DNA of 64,000 nt from Lichenicola sp. (GTDB lineage: Bacteria; Pseudomonadota; Alphaproteobacteria; Acetobacterales; Acetobacteraceae): positions 3,196,767 to 3,260,766 of the forward strand of contig OZ240668.1 in NCBI GenBank assembly GCA_965198655.1. Reading direction: 5' to 3'. Of this stretch, positions 17,749-25,906 are shown piece by piece. Both the position numbers and the translations under genes were made by a program. The stretch's first letter is position 1, and every line of letters begins with the position of its first letter. Under the pieces are notes generated by a model, which had not been told where the DNA came from, did no database searches, and saw only the letters and a program-made list of their open reading frames with translations.

Positions 17749-19140
17749 TCAGGCTGACGCCGCCTTCAGCCGTCCGCTCCCGATCGCGCCCGTGAACAGG
17801 TGCCAATCCCGTTCCGTCTGGTCGGCATAAAGAACGGCGAAGTCTGCGACGGCGTGGGCAAAGCCGCGGCCGCTCCCGAGGTAGCCCGCCAGCCGGACCA
17901 GGTCGGCCGAGCGTCCATGCGCCCGACCCAGGGTGCGCCCGCAGAGCTCGGCATAGTCCTGCAGCCCGTGCTGCTCGATCTGCGTGCCCAGGGCCGCGAG
18001 GCGCGCGTCCTTGAGCCGCCGGACGTAGAACTGCCGGCCGGACGCGTCGGCGTCCTGCCCGTCCTGCGAGCCGCCGGTATGGGTCCAACCCAGAAACAGG
18101 TCCGACGCGGCCTGCATCACGCGCTGCCCCACCACGACCCGCTCCCCGGCCTCGGCATACGCCGACGCTCCGGCGAACGGCTCCAGCACCGAGGCCTGCG
18201 CCTCCTTGATCTGCAGCATCAGCGGCTCGCCGTCCGCGGTGGCGAACAGGCCGATGGCGCAGAACGTGCCGACGCTGCCTACGCCCACCACCTTGAACAT
18301 GACGTCCTCGAGCCGGTAGCGGTCCAGCAGCAGCCGCCGCTCCGGCGACAGGGTCCGGGCGTAGCGGGCGAAGGCCTGACGCGTCGCGTCCTCGCGCTCC
18401 GGCAGGCGCACCACGAGGGGTGGCTTCTCCCGCAGCCGCGGCGCCGGGCCGCCCGTGTCGAGCAGGCCGTAATGCGCCGACGCGCTGCGCAACTGTTCCT
18501 CGAGCCGGGAGCGCGTCCGCTGGCGGGCACGGAGGTCGTCCATCCGGTCGATCGCGTCCAGCAGGTCGATCCTGGCGCTCCACGCTTCCAGCGGGGCGAG
18601 CGCAGCCAGACGGCGGACCTCATGACCGTAAGCGAGCACCGCCTCCAGGGCGAGCCGCCGGCAGTCCCGCTCCCGGAAGCCGTTCTCGCGGCCGCTCAGG
18701 ACGAGGCTGGTGGCCAGGCGCTTGAGGTCCCATTCAAAGGGGGCTGGCAGCGTCTCGTCGAAATCGTTGATATCGAATACCGGCAGCCCTTCGGGCGTGG
18801 CGTAGCTGCCGAAATTGGCGAGATGGCAGTCCCCGCAGCTCTGCACCTTGAGGCCGGCGGCCGGGGTCGGAGCCAGGTCGGCCGCCATCACCGCGGCGGC
18901 GCCGCGCAGAAAGGCGAGCGGCGACGCACCCATCCGGCCATAGCGGATCGGCAGCAGCTCGGGGATGCGTCGTGCGCCTTGCGCTTCCAGGATGGCCACC
19001 GGATCGGCACGGTCAACAACGGGTTGCCAGTCGGCATGGCTCCGTCGCTTCGTTGTCCGGCGGAGCAGCCTGCCGGCGGCGTAGCGCTCTTCTCGCGGAA
19101 GCAGCGTCGCGTTCGCCACCGTGGGGGCCGCCCTCGTCAC
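17749..19140 (-). CDS. DUF2252 domain-containing protein
   Basis: ILEAQGARRIPELLPIRYGRMGASPLAFLRGAAAVMAADLA...SCGDCHLANFG...FDINDFDET is typical of DUF2252. GTG start at 19140 forms a GTGA overlap with the upstream DUF2721 stop. Confidence 0.7.
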   Translation of the reverse strand: MTRAAPTVANATLLPREERYAAGRLLRRTTKRRSHADWQPVVDRADPVAILEAQGARRIPELLPIRYGRMGASPLAFLRGAAAVMAADLAPTPAAGLKVQSCGDCHLANFGSYATPEGLPVFDINDFDETLPAPFEWDLKRLATSLVLSGRENGFRERDCRRLALEAVLAYGHEVRRLAALAPLEAWSARIDLLDAIDRMDDLRARQRTRSRLEEQLRSASAHYGLLDTGGPAPRLREKPPLVVRLPEREDATRQAFARYARTLSPERRLLLDRYRLEDVMFKVVGVGSVGTFCAIGLFATADGEPLMLQIKEAQASVLEPFAGASAYAEAGERVVVGQRVMQAASDLFLGWTHTGGSQDGQDADASGRQFYVRRLKDARLAALGTQIEQHGLQDYAELCGRTLGRAHGRSADLVRLAGYLGSGRGFAHAVADFAVLYADQTERDWHLFTGAIGSGRLKAASA

Positions 19141-19628
19141 TCGCCGCCGTTCCCTTTCGCCTTGGGCAACGGCCCTTCCATACGCAGCCCGTGCCAGGCC
19201 AGCACGCTGTCGGCGATGAAGCTGGCCAGTGCGCCCATGGTGCACAGGAGGGCGACGCCGAACAGCAGCACCAGCCAGGAGCCGGCGGCCGAGTTGCGCA
19301 GGCTGCCGAGGAACAGCACGAGGGCTGCGCCGCACGTCGCCGCACCGCCGACGGCGCCCAGGACGATCGACGCGTCGAGCATCACCGTGCGCCGGTGCAG
19401 GCGCAGCGAGTGCCGGCGCAGCATGGCGGCCTGTCCGCCGTCCGCCTCGTCGGGCAGGGCGCTGGCGATCGTTTCCAGATGGTCGGACACGCGGGCCAGG
19501 CGGGTGTTGAACAGGTTCAGCAGCGTGCCGATGCCGGACAGCATGAACACCGGGGTCAGGGCGATCTGGATGATGTGCGCGACGTCGTCGACCGACTGGT
19601 TCGACAGCGGCGTCGTGAAGGGAAACAC
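19137..19628 (-). CDS. DUF2721 domain-containing membrane protein
   Basis: IIQIALTPVFMLSGIGTLLNLFNTRLARVSDHL plus two C-terminal TM helices. GTG start at 19628 (inferred). The rest of the 544-aa track ORF is read-through in a non-coding frame of the PAP2 gene. Confidence 0.6.
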   Translation of the reverse strand: MFPFTTPLSNQSVDDVAHIIQIALTPVFMLSGIGTLLNLFNTRLARVSDHLETIASALPDEADGGQAAMLRRHSLRLHRRTVMLDASIVLGAVGGAATCGAALVLFLGSLRNSAAGSWLVLLFGVALLCTMGALASFIADSVLAWHGLRMEGPLPKAKGNGGE

Positions 19629-19678
19629 CTCAGACCCCCCGTCCGGCTTGAGCGGCCCGGGACCGGCCAGCCCCGGTC

Positions 19679-21052
19679 TCACTGCGTCGGGGCAAGTGTC
19701 GCCGCCCTCGTCGCCGCCGCCGCGAGGTTCAGCCGCGAGTAGATCCCGAAGCCGGAGCCGTCGTCGAGAAAGCCGCCACCCGGCCCCTCGGTGGCGGTGA
19801 GCAGCGCGTCCGCCTGGTCCAGGGTCAGGGTGGGAAACGCCGCGGTCAGCAGGTGCCCCGCTTCGGGCGCGACCTTGGACACGTCCTCCTGCCCGTCCGC
19901 GGTGCCGGCGTTGACCACCGGCAGGCCGTAGGTCAAGGTCGACTCGACGAACGCCTCGTTGGCCGCCACGTCCCTGAACCGGCTGTTGTCCTTCCTGGCG
20001 CAGGCACCGATGGTGTCCCCGCAGACCGCCTCGAGGACGGCCGTCATGGTCTTGCGGGCATAGGCGATCGCCTGGTCGTAGTCGGTGATGGTGGAGGCGT
20101 GACGCCTGGCTTGCCCGACATATAGCGGATCGTTGGCGAGCAGGTGAGCCAGGTCGTAGAGCGCCAGGGTTCGGCCGGCGATGACGTCCATGGCGTAGTG
20201 GGCGCCCAGGACGATGCGGTCGTTGCCGTACTCGGCCGCCCGCGTGATCTCCTGCTGGTAGCGCTCCGGAACCAGGATCGCCAGCAGCACGGCTTCGACA
20301 TAGCCATAGGCCGTGTGGCCGCTGGGATAGGCGGGACTCGCCGTCAGGTTCTGAGCCGGCCCCTTGAGATATTGCATGTTGTCGGCTGGCCTGCCGAAAT
20401 AGTCCGCGCCGCTGATCGGCGTGATGGTCGGCTCGGTCTGGAACGGCCTGGAGTTGCCGTAGGGATCGGCGCCGACGCTGCCTACCCTCAAGCGGTACGC
20501 CTTGCCGAACACGTCGCCGGTTCCATGGTCGGCCGACATGATTGCCATCGCTTCGGGCGACACGCGCATCTTCCCGTCGGTCGTCTTGTTGCCGAAGAAG
20601 TACTTCGCAGCCCTCGAGTCCGCCTCCGTGGTCTCGTTGGCATAGGCGATCACGTCCGCGACCGCGGTCGAAACGTTGGTGAAGTCCTTGGGCGCGCGGT
20701 AGCTGGCCCGCACCTGGTAGGCAGCACCCAGCGTGCTTCCCAGGCCGTCGGCAAGCTCGCTGGCGTTCCACTGGGTGATGAAGGCGTCCCGGAGCGCTTG
20801 TCGCTGCTGGTCGGGAAACGGCAGCAGGATCGGCTGCTTGAACGCGCCGCTCTGGATCGCGGCGGTGATGCGCAGGTTGGCCGCCAGGGCGGCTTTCCCC
20901 GCCTCGCTGTTCCGCAACGCGCTGATCGGCGCCAAGCCGCGAAGTGCTGGAAGGTTGGTTGCCGTCTGGGCGCCTGCGGAGCCCGGATCCCAGCCCATGG
21001 CGGCAATGATAGCCAACGCGAAAGAACTGCTTCTGGGACGCACGCTTGTCAC
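19679..21052 (-). CDS. PAP2-superfamily phosphatase (class A acid phosphatase / vanadium-haloperoxidase-like), secreted
   Basis: PAP2 motifs: K..(x)..GNSRPF, YPSGHTAYG, NDRIVLGAHYAMDVIAG. Signal-like N-terminus VTSVRPRSSSFALAIIAAMGW..AGA when started at GTG 21052. Confidence 0.7.
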   Translation of the reverse strand: MTSVRPRSSSFALAIIAAMGWDPGSAGAQTATNLPALRGLAPISALRNSEAGKAALAANLRITAAIQSGAFKQPILLPFPDQQRQALRDAFITQWNASELADGLGSTLGAAYQVRASYRAPKDFTNVSTAVADVIAYANETTEADSRAAKYFFGNKTTDGKMRVSPEAMAIMSADHGTGDVFGKAYRLRVGSVGADPYGNSRPFQTEPTITPISGADYFGRPADNMQYLKGPAQNLTASPAYPSGHTAYGYVEAVLLAILVPERYQQEITRAAEYGNDRIVLGAHYAMDVIAGRTLALYDLAHLLANDPLYVGQARRHASTITDYDQAIAYARKTMTAVLEAVCGDTIGACARKDNSRFRDVAANEAFVESTLTYGLPVVNAGTADGQEDVSKVAPEAGHLLTAAFPTLTLDQADALLTATEGPGGGFLDDGSGFGIYSRLNLAAAATRAATLAPTQ

Positions 21053-21225
21053 TCGTTCAGCCGGACGTTCAGGAACCGGAGGGCCGGATGTCCTGCAATA
21101 GCGCGCGTTGATCCCGTCAGCCAGTCGCTGCGTGCTCCGGGGTCGCGTCGGGCATCGCGGCCGGAGCGGGCGTTCAACCCCAAGCCGCACGCCGTCCCGC
21201 GACGGAAGGAATCGGGAAGACAGAA

Positions 21226-22077
21226 ATGAATCGGCCGCCAACGCACCTGCCGCGGTTGCTGGCAGCTTGCATCCTTCTTGCCCCCGCCGCCCGGACGGGT
21301 GCTGCGGAAACCTGCACGTTCAGCGGCAGGACCGACTACGGAGGCCGCCTGCAGGTCGTTGCCGACTCCAGCACCGCCGGGGGACGAACCGAGATCGACG
21401 TGCGGCTGGAACTGAACGCAACGCCCCTGCCACTGATCCACACCCGCTATCTCATGCAGGAGATCAGCTCCTGGCGCCCGAACGGCATCGAGCAGGTTGC
21501 GGTGAACGACCGTTACAGCATCGACGGGCACATCGTCCGGCAACAATGGGACGTGTACGATCGCGCCGCGGACGGCCTGCACGCCTTTCGGGTACAGGGA
21601 AAGAGGTCGGGCGAGTTCCAGCGCCAGCATCCCGAGTTCATGCAATTCTGGAACCCCGACCGGTTCGGCCAGCCCTGGCTCGGCGATTATCCCTACTCGA
21701 TCAGCGCGCGACGACCGGATCTGGATCTGCACCAGGATCCATCCCTCGTTCAAACCCCCCTGGCCCTCGCGTTCTACTGGCTGCGCCGGCTACCCCCGCA
21801 GGGCAGCGTCGTGCCCTTGTTCCTGCCCGGCTTCAAGGAGCAGAAGCTCGTGAGACTGGCGATCGGCCCCATGCCGGGCCAGCAGCCCGGAGGCGTGTCG
21901 GGTTGGAAGGCGCCGATTGAGTACCCCTACCTCAGCCCTACCCAACCCTCGGCAGCGTTCGCCTGGACGTCGAGCGACCGGCACGTCCGGCAACTGTCCT
22001 TCGACCTCCATGGCGTGGAGCACAGCGCGCGCGGCGTCATCCAGGGGGATGGATGCAGGAGCGTGCCGCCGAGCTGA
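21226..22077 (+). CDS. secreted hypothetical protein
   Basis: Signal peptide MNRPPTHLPRLLAACILLAPAARTGAA. 283 aa, non-repetitive. No family recognised with confidence. Confidence 0.55.
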   Translation: MNRPPTHLPRLLAACILLAPAARTGAAETCTFSGRTDYGGRLQVVADSSTAGGRTEIDVRLELNATPLPLIHTRYLMQEISSWRPNGIEQVAVNDRYSIDGHIVRQQWDVYDRAADGLHAFRVQGKRSGEFQRQHPEFMQFWNPDRFGQPWLGDYPYSISARRPDLDLHQDPSLVQTPLALAFYWLRRLPPQGSVVPLFLPGFKEQKLVRLAIGPMPGQQPGGVSGWKAPIEYPYLSPTQPSAAFAWTSSDRHVRQLSFDLHGVEHSARGVIQGDGCRSVPPS

Positions 22078-22207
22078 ACCAGCGGCGCACCATGCCGTTG
22101 GCAGAAACGCACGTCGGATCGCCACGCCGCCTGGCTCAAGCTGAACCAGGCGACTTGACGGCCTTCATGCGCGACGTCAAAGGAAGCGCCCCGCTCCGGA
22201 GAACTCG

Positions 22208-24388
22208 ATGCGCCCGAGATCGCGGTCCAGCCTTGCCATCCCGTTCCTTGTCGCAGGCCTCCTCGCCAACGCGTCGGTGCTGGCCGGCGACCGGGGTGCG
22301 CCGGCAACAACCGTGGCGCCGGTGACCGACACCTACCACGGCGTCACGGTCACCGATCCCTATCGTTGGCTGGAGAACGGCGCCGACCCCAAGGTCGAGG
22401 CCTGGTCCGCGTCGCAGAACGCCCGGACCCGGACCTATCTGGACCGCCTTCCCGAGCGTCGCGCCCTGTTCGACCGCATCCTGTCCCTGACCGACGCGGC
22501 GTCGCCGGCCTACCACGACCTGCACGAAGCGGGCGGCCGCCTGTTCGCGCTCGCGGTCCAGCCGCCGAAGCAGCAGCCGCTGGTGGTCGACATGGACCCG
22601 TCCGGCAACCCCGCGACGGCGCGCGCCGTGGTCGACCCGAACGCGATCGATCCCGGCGGCCAGACGGAAATCGACTGGTACGTGCCGTCGCCGGACGGCA
22701 AGCTCGTCGCCGCCTCGCTGTCGCGCAACGGCAGCGAGGACGGCACGGTGCACGTCTTCGACGTCGCGACCGGACGCGACCTCGGCGAGGCGGTTCCCCG
22801 CGCACAGTATCCGACCGCGGGCGGCAGCCTCGCCTGGAAGTCCGACTCCTCCGGATTCTGGTACACGCGCTATCCCGGCGTCGAGCGTCCGGAGGCGGAC
22901 CGGAACTTCTACCAGCAGGTCTACTTCCACGCGCTGCACGCCGATCCCGTCACCGACAGCTACGTCGCCGGGAAGGACTTCCCGCGGATCGCCGAGATCG
23001 TCCTGGACGGCAGCCAGAACCGGAACGGCGTGCTGATGTCGGTCGCCAACGGCGATGGCGGCGAGTTCGCGCAATACGTCATCGCCCAGGCGAGCGGGCG
23101 CGTCCGCAAGGTCAGCGACTTCGCCGACAAGGTCGTCGCCGCGTCGATCGGACCCGACGACGTGCTCTACCTCGTGTCCCGCAAGGACGCACCGCGCGGC
23201 CAGTTGCTCGGTCTTCCCCTGTCGGACCCCGTCCTGGCGCACGCCAAGGTCCTGGTGAAGCAGGGCGACGGCGTGATCGAGGGTGGCGGCGAGTTCGGCG
23301 GCGAGGCGGTGGCGGTGACGCCGGGCTCGCTCTACCTGCGCGAGCTGGTGGGCGGTCCGTCGCGTGTGTCGATCTATGGCCACGACGGCACGCCGCAGGG
23401 CGTGGTGCCGCTGCCGCCGGTGACCGCCGTCAGCGAGGTCGAGCCGGCGGGAGACGGACACGTCCTGGTCGCGTTCGACAGCTATCTCAAGCCGCACCAG
23501 GTGGTGCGCTACGACGAGACGGCGAAGCACGTCGAGAACACGACGCTCGCCTCCACCAGCCCCGTGGACTTCGGCGGCATCACGGTGGAGCGCGCGTTCA
23601 CGGTGTCCCGGGACGGCACCCGTGTCCCGTTCAACATCGTCATGAACAAGGAGACCAGGCTCGACGGCCGCAACCCGCTCCTGCTCTACGGCTACGGCGG
23701 CTACAACATCTCGGACGAGCCGAGATTTCTCGGCGCCGGCTTCCGCGCCTGGCTCGCCGCGGGCGGCATCTACGTGGACGCGAACCTGCGCGGCGGCGGC
23801 GAGTATGGCGAGACCTGGCACCAGCAGGGCGCGCTGCTGAACAAGCAGCACGTGTTCGACGACTTCATCGCGGTCGCGCGCCAGCTCGTGGCGCAGCGCT
23901 ACACGTCGCCGCAGCACCTGGCGATCCTGGGCGGCAGCAACGGCGGGCTGCTGATGGGGGCGGCCCTGACGCAGGCGCCGCAGATGTTCAAGGCGGTGGT
24001 GTCCCTGGTCGGCATCTACGACATGATGCGCATCGAGCTCGACGCGAACGGCGCCTTCAACACGACCGAGTTCGGCACGGTGAAGGACCCGGCGCAGTTC
24101 CACGCCATGCTGGCCTATTCCCCCTACCAGGCAGTGCGCGACGGGGTGAGATATCCGGCGGTGTTCATGGCCACCGGAACCCATGACGGACGGGTCAACC
24201 CGGCCCAGTCACGAAAGATGATTGCCCGGCTGCAAGCGGCCACCGCGTCGGACCAGTCGATCTACCTGTCGATCAGCGACAAGGCCGGACACGGCATCGG
24301 CAGCTCCGTGGCGGTCCGGGTGGGCCAGCAGGCGGACTACATGGCCTTCCTGTTCGACCAGCTTGGCATGAGCCTGCCGAAGTCCTGA
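22208..24388 (+). CDS. prolyl oligopeptidase family (S9A) serine peptidase, secreted
   Basis: Signal peptide, DPYRWLE N-terminal motif, beta-propeller region, GGSNGGLLMG nucleophile elbow, C-terminal D...GHG catalytic residues. Confidence 0.85.
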   Translation: MRPRSRSSLAIPFLVAGLLANASVLAGDRGAPATTVAPVTDTYHGVTVTDPYRWLENGADPKVEAWSASQNARTRTYLDRLPERRALFDRILSLTDAASPAYHDLHEAGGRLFALAVQPPKQQPLVVDMDPSGNPATARAVVDPNAIDPGGQTEIDWYVPSPDGKLVAASLSRNGSEDGTVHVFDVATGRDLGEAVPRAQYPTAGGSLAWKSDSSGFWYTRYPGVERPEADRNFYQQVYFHALHADPVTDSYVAGKDFPRIAEIVLDGSQNRNGVLMSVANGDGGEFAQYVIAQASGRVRKVSDFADKVVAASIGPDDVLYLVSRKDAPRGQLLGLPLSDPVLAHAKVLVKQGDGVIEGGGEFGGEAVAVTPGSLYLRELVGGPSRVSIYGHDGTPQGVVPLPPVTAVSEVEPAGDGHVLVAFDSYLKPHQVVRYDETAKHVENTTLASTSPVDFGGITVERAFTVSRDGTRVPFNIVMNKETRLDGRNPLLLYGYGGYNISDEPRFLGAGFRAWLAAGGIYVDANLRGGGEYGETWHQQGALLNKQHVFDDFIAVARQLVAQRYTSPQHLAILGGSNGGLLMGAALTQAPQMFKAVVSLVGIYDMMRIELDANGAFNTTEFGTVKDPAQFHAMLAYSPYQAVRDGVRYPAVFMATGTHDGRVNPAQSRKMIARLQAATASDQSIYLSISDKAGHGIGSSVAVRVGQQADYMAFLFDQLGMSLPKS

Positions 24389-24464
24389 CAGCCAGTCGTG
24401 CCACCGATCCCGGTCGCCGCCTCAGAGTTGGCGACGATCCGGGCTCGAAACGACGGAATGCCGA

Positions 24465-24800
24465 TCAAGGAAAAACGTAGCCGAAGCGGACATATCCAGG
24501 GAACACCGGATATGGATAGTATCCCGCGTAATACGGATAGGATCCATAGAACGGGTAGGCCGCGTAATAGGGATAGGCCGCATAGTACGGGTAGCCGGAA
24601 TAGACGACGGTGGGATGGGCTGTCGCGACAAGCTGATTGCTGGGCGTGCGTGTCTGGGTCGTCGCCAACTGCTGCGTGCGGGGAGTGGATGCAGGTGCGG
24701 ATGCCACCGGCAATGCCACCAGTGGCGGCGGCGGTGGCTCGACGACGCATCCGGTCAGCATGGCCAACAGGACTGAACTTCCGATTCGATGTGCGCGCAT
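24465..24800 (-). CDS. lipoprotein with Tyr/Pro-rich repeat C-terminus
   Basis: Lipobox LLAMLTGC after MRAHRIGSSV, a proline tract, then YSGYPYYAAYPYYAAYPFYGSYPYYAGYYPYPVFPGY. Confidence 0.55.
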   Translation of the reverse strand: MRAHRIGSSVLLAMLTGCVVEPPPPPLVALPVASAPASTPRTQQLATTQTRTPSNQLVATAHPTVVYSGYPYYAAYPYYAAYPFYGSYPYYAGYYPYPVFPGYVRFGYVFP

Positions 24801-24970
24801 GTCATCCACCCCGACGATCCGCAGAAGAATTGGAAGCCGCTCGGCGTCCTGCAATCGGCGTCGTCGGACGGAGGATTACCTTTGCGTGAGCCGACGCGGC
24901 ACGAAGATCCTTCGATACAAGACGAGACGATTTGAGTACATCGACGGCCATGACGTTGGAGGAAGCAAGC

Positions 24971-25672
24971 ATGTCCGGCCTTGGCCCGTTGACCGTCGCC
25001 GCGGCGCTGTGGGTCGGCGTGCATGTCGGCATCGCCGGCACCTCCGTGCGTCGGGCGGTGGCCGGGCAGATCGGCGAGGCCGGGTTCCGCGGCGTGTTCT
25101 CGCTGCTTTCCGTCGCCGCGATCACCGCCCTGGTGGTGACCTACAAGCGCGCCCGCCTGGCCGGCAGCGAACAGCTCTGGACAGCGCCGTACTGGCTGGG
25201 CTGGATCCTCGTCCTGCTGATGGCGCCGGCCTTCGTGCTGTTGGCAGGCTCGGTCGTGCGGCCGAACCCGACCGAGGTCGGCGGCGAGCGGGCGCTCGGG
25301 CAGGAGCCGCGCGGGCTCGCGCGCGTCACCCGCCACCCGATGCTCTGGTCGTTCGCGACCTGGTCGGCGGTCCACGTGGTCGGCAACGGCGACCTGGTGT
25401 CGCTGCTGTTCTTCGGCGCCTTCGGGGTCACCGCCCTAGCCGGCATGCCCTCGATCGACGCCAAGCTGGCGAAGCGCGATCCGCAGAACTGGGCGCGGCT
25501 GCGCGACGCGACCTCGATCCTGCCGTTCGGCGCCATCATGGCCGGGCGCAACCGGCTGGCGCTGCGGGAGATCGGCTGGATCGCGCCGGCGGCCGGACTG
25601 GCGCTCTGGGCGCTGCTGCTGGTGATCCACCCCCGGCTGTTCGGGGTGTCGCCGCTGCCAGGGCAAGGCTGA
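24971..25672 (+). CDS. NnrU family membrane protein
   Basis: GGAGGAAGC Shine-Dalgarno before ATG 24971. LWVGVHVGIAGTSVR...TRHPMLWSFATWSAVH pattern of NnrU. Confidence 0.7.
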   Translation: MSGLGPLTVAAALWVGVHVGIAGTSVRRAVAGQIGEAGFRGVFSLLSVAAITALVVTYKRARLAGSEQLWTAPYWLGWILVLLMAPAFVLLAGSVVRPNPTEVGGERALGQEPRGLARVTRHPMLWSFATWSAVHVVGNGDLVSLLFFGAFGVTALAGMPSIDAKLAKRDPQNWARLRDATSILPFGAIMAGRNRLALREIGWIAPAAGLALWALLLVIHPRLFGVSPLPGQG

Positions 25673-25906
25673 GCGCGCCGGCTCCCGTTCGAACGGCGAC
25701 GTGCGAGCGGGACGCTGATGGCAAGGACGCCGCACCGGCGCGAGGTCGAGGTGCGGCTCCACCAGGGCGCCTTGGGCACGCGGAGCGCGGCGCGGAAGGG
25801 CAACGCTCGCCTGACGTGTCGCGACCAACGCTGACGCCGGATCGGTTTCCTTCTATGCCGGACGCCGCCGGAGCGCCCGGTCGCGGCGCAGCAGGAGAGC
25901 GAACCG

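Noticed and set aside
22136-24184. 682-aa minus-strand ORF antisense to the prolyl oligopeptidase gene. Similar giant antisense or alternate-frame ORFs lie at 10558-11907, 25853-27637, 35422-38310, 41944-44751, 42099-45161, 44842-47046, 47732-49195, 49258-51087 and 56098-57822.
   Set aside because: The translations are Arg/Ala/Gly/Pro/His-rich low-complexity strings with no motifs. Each lies opposite, or out of frame with, a gene that has clear family signatures. Stop-poor alternate frames are expected at about 70% GC.
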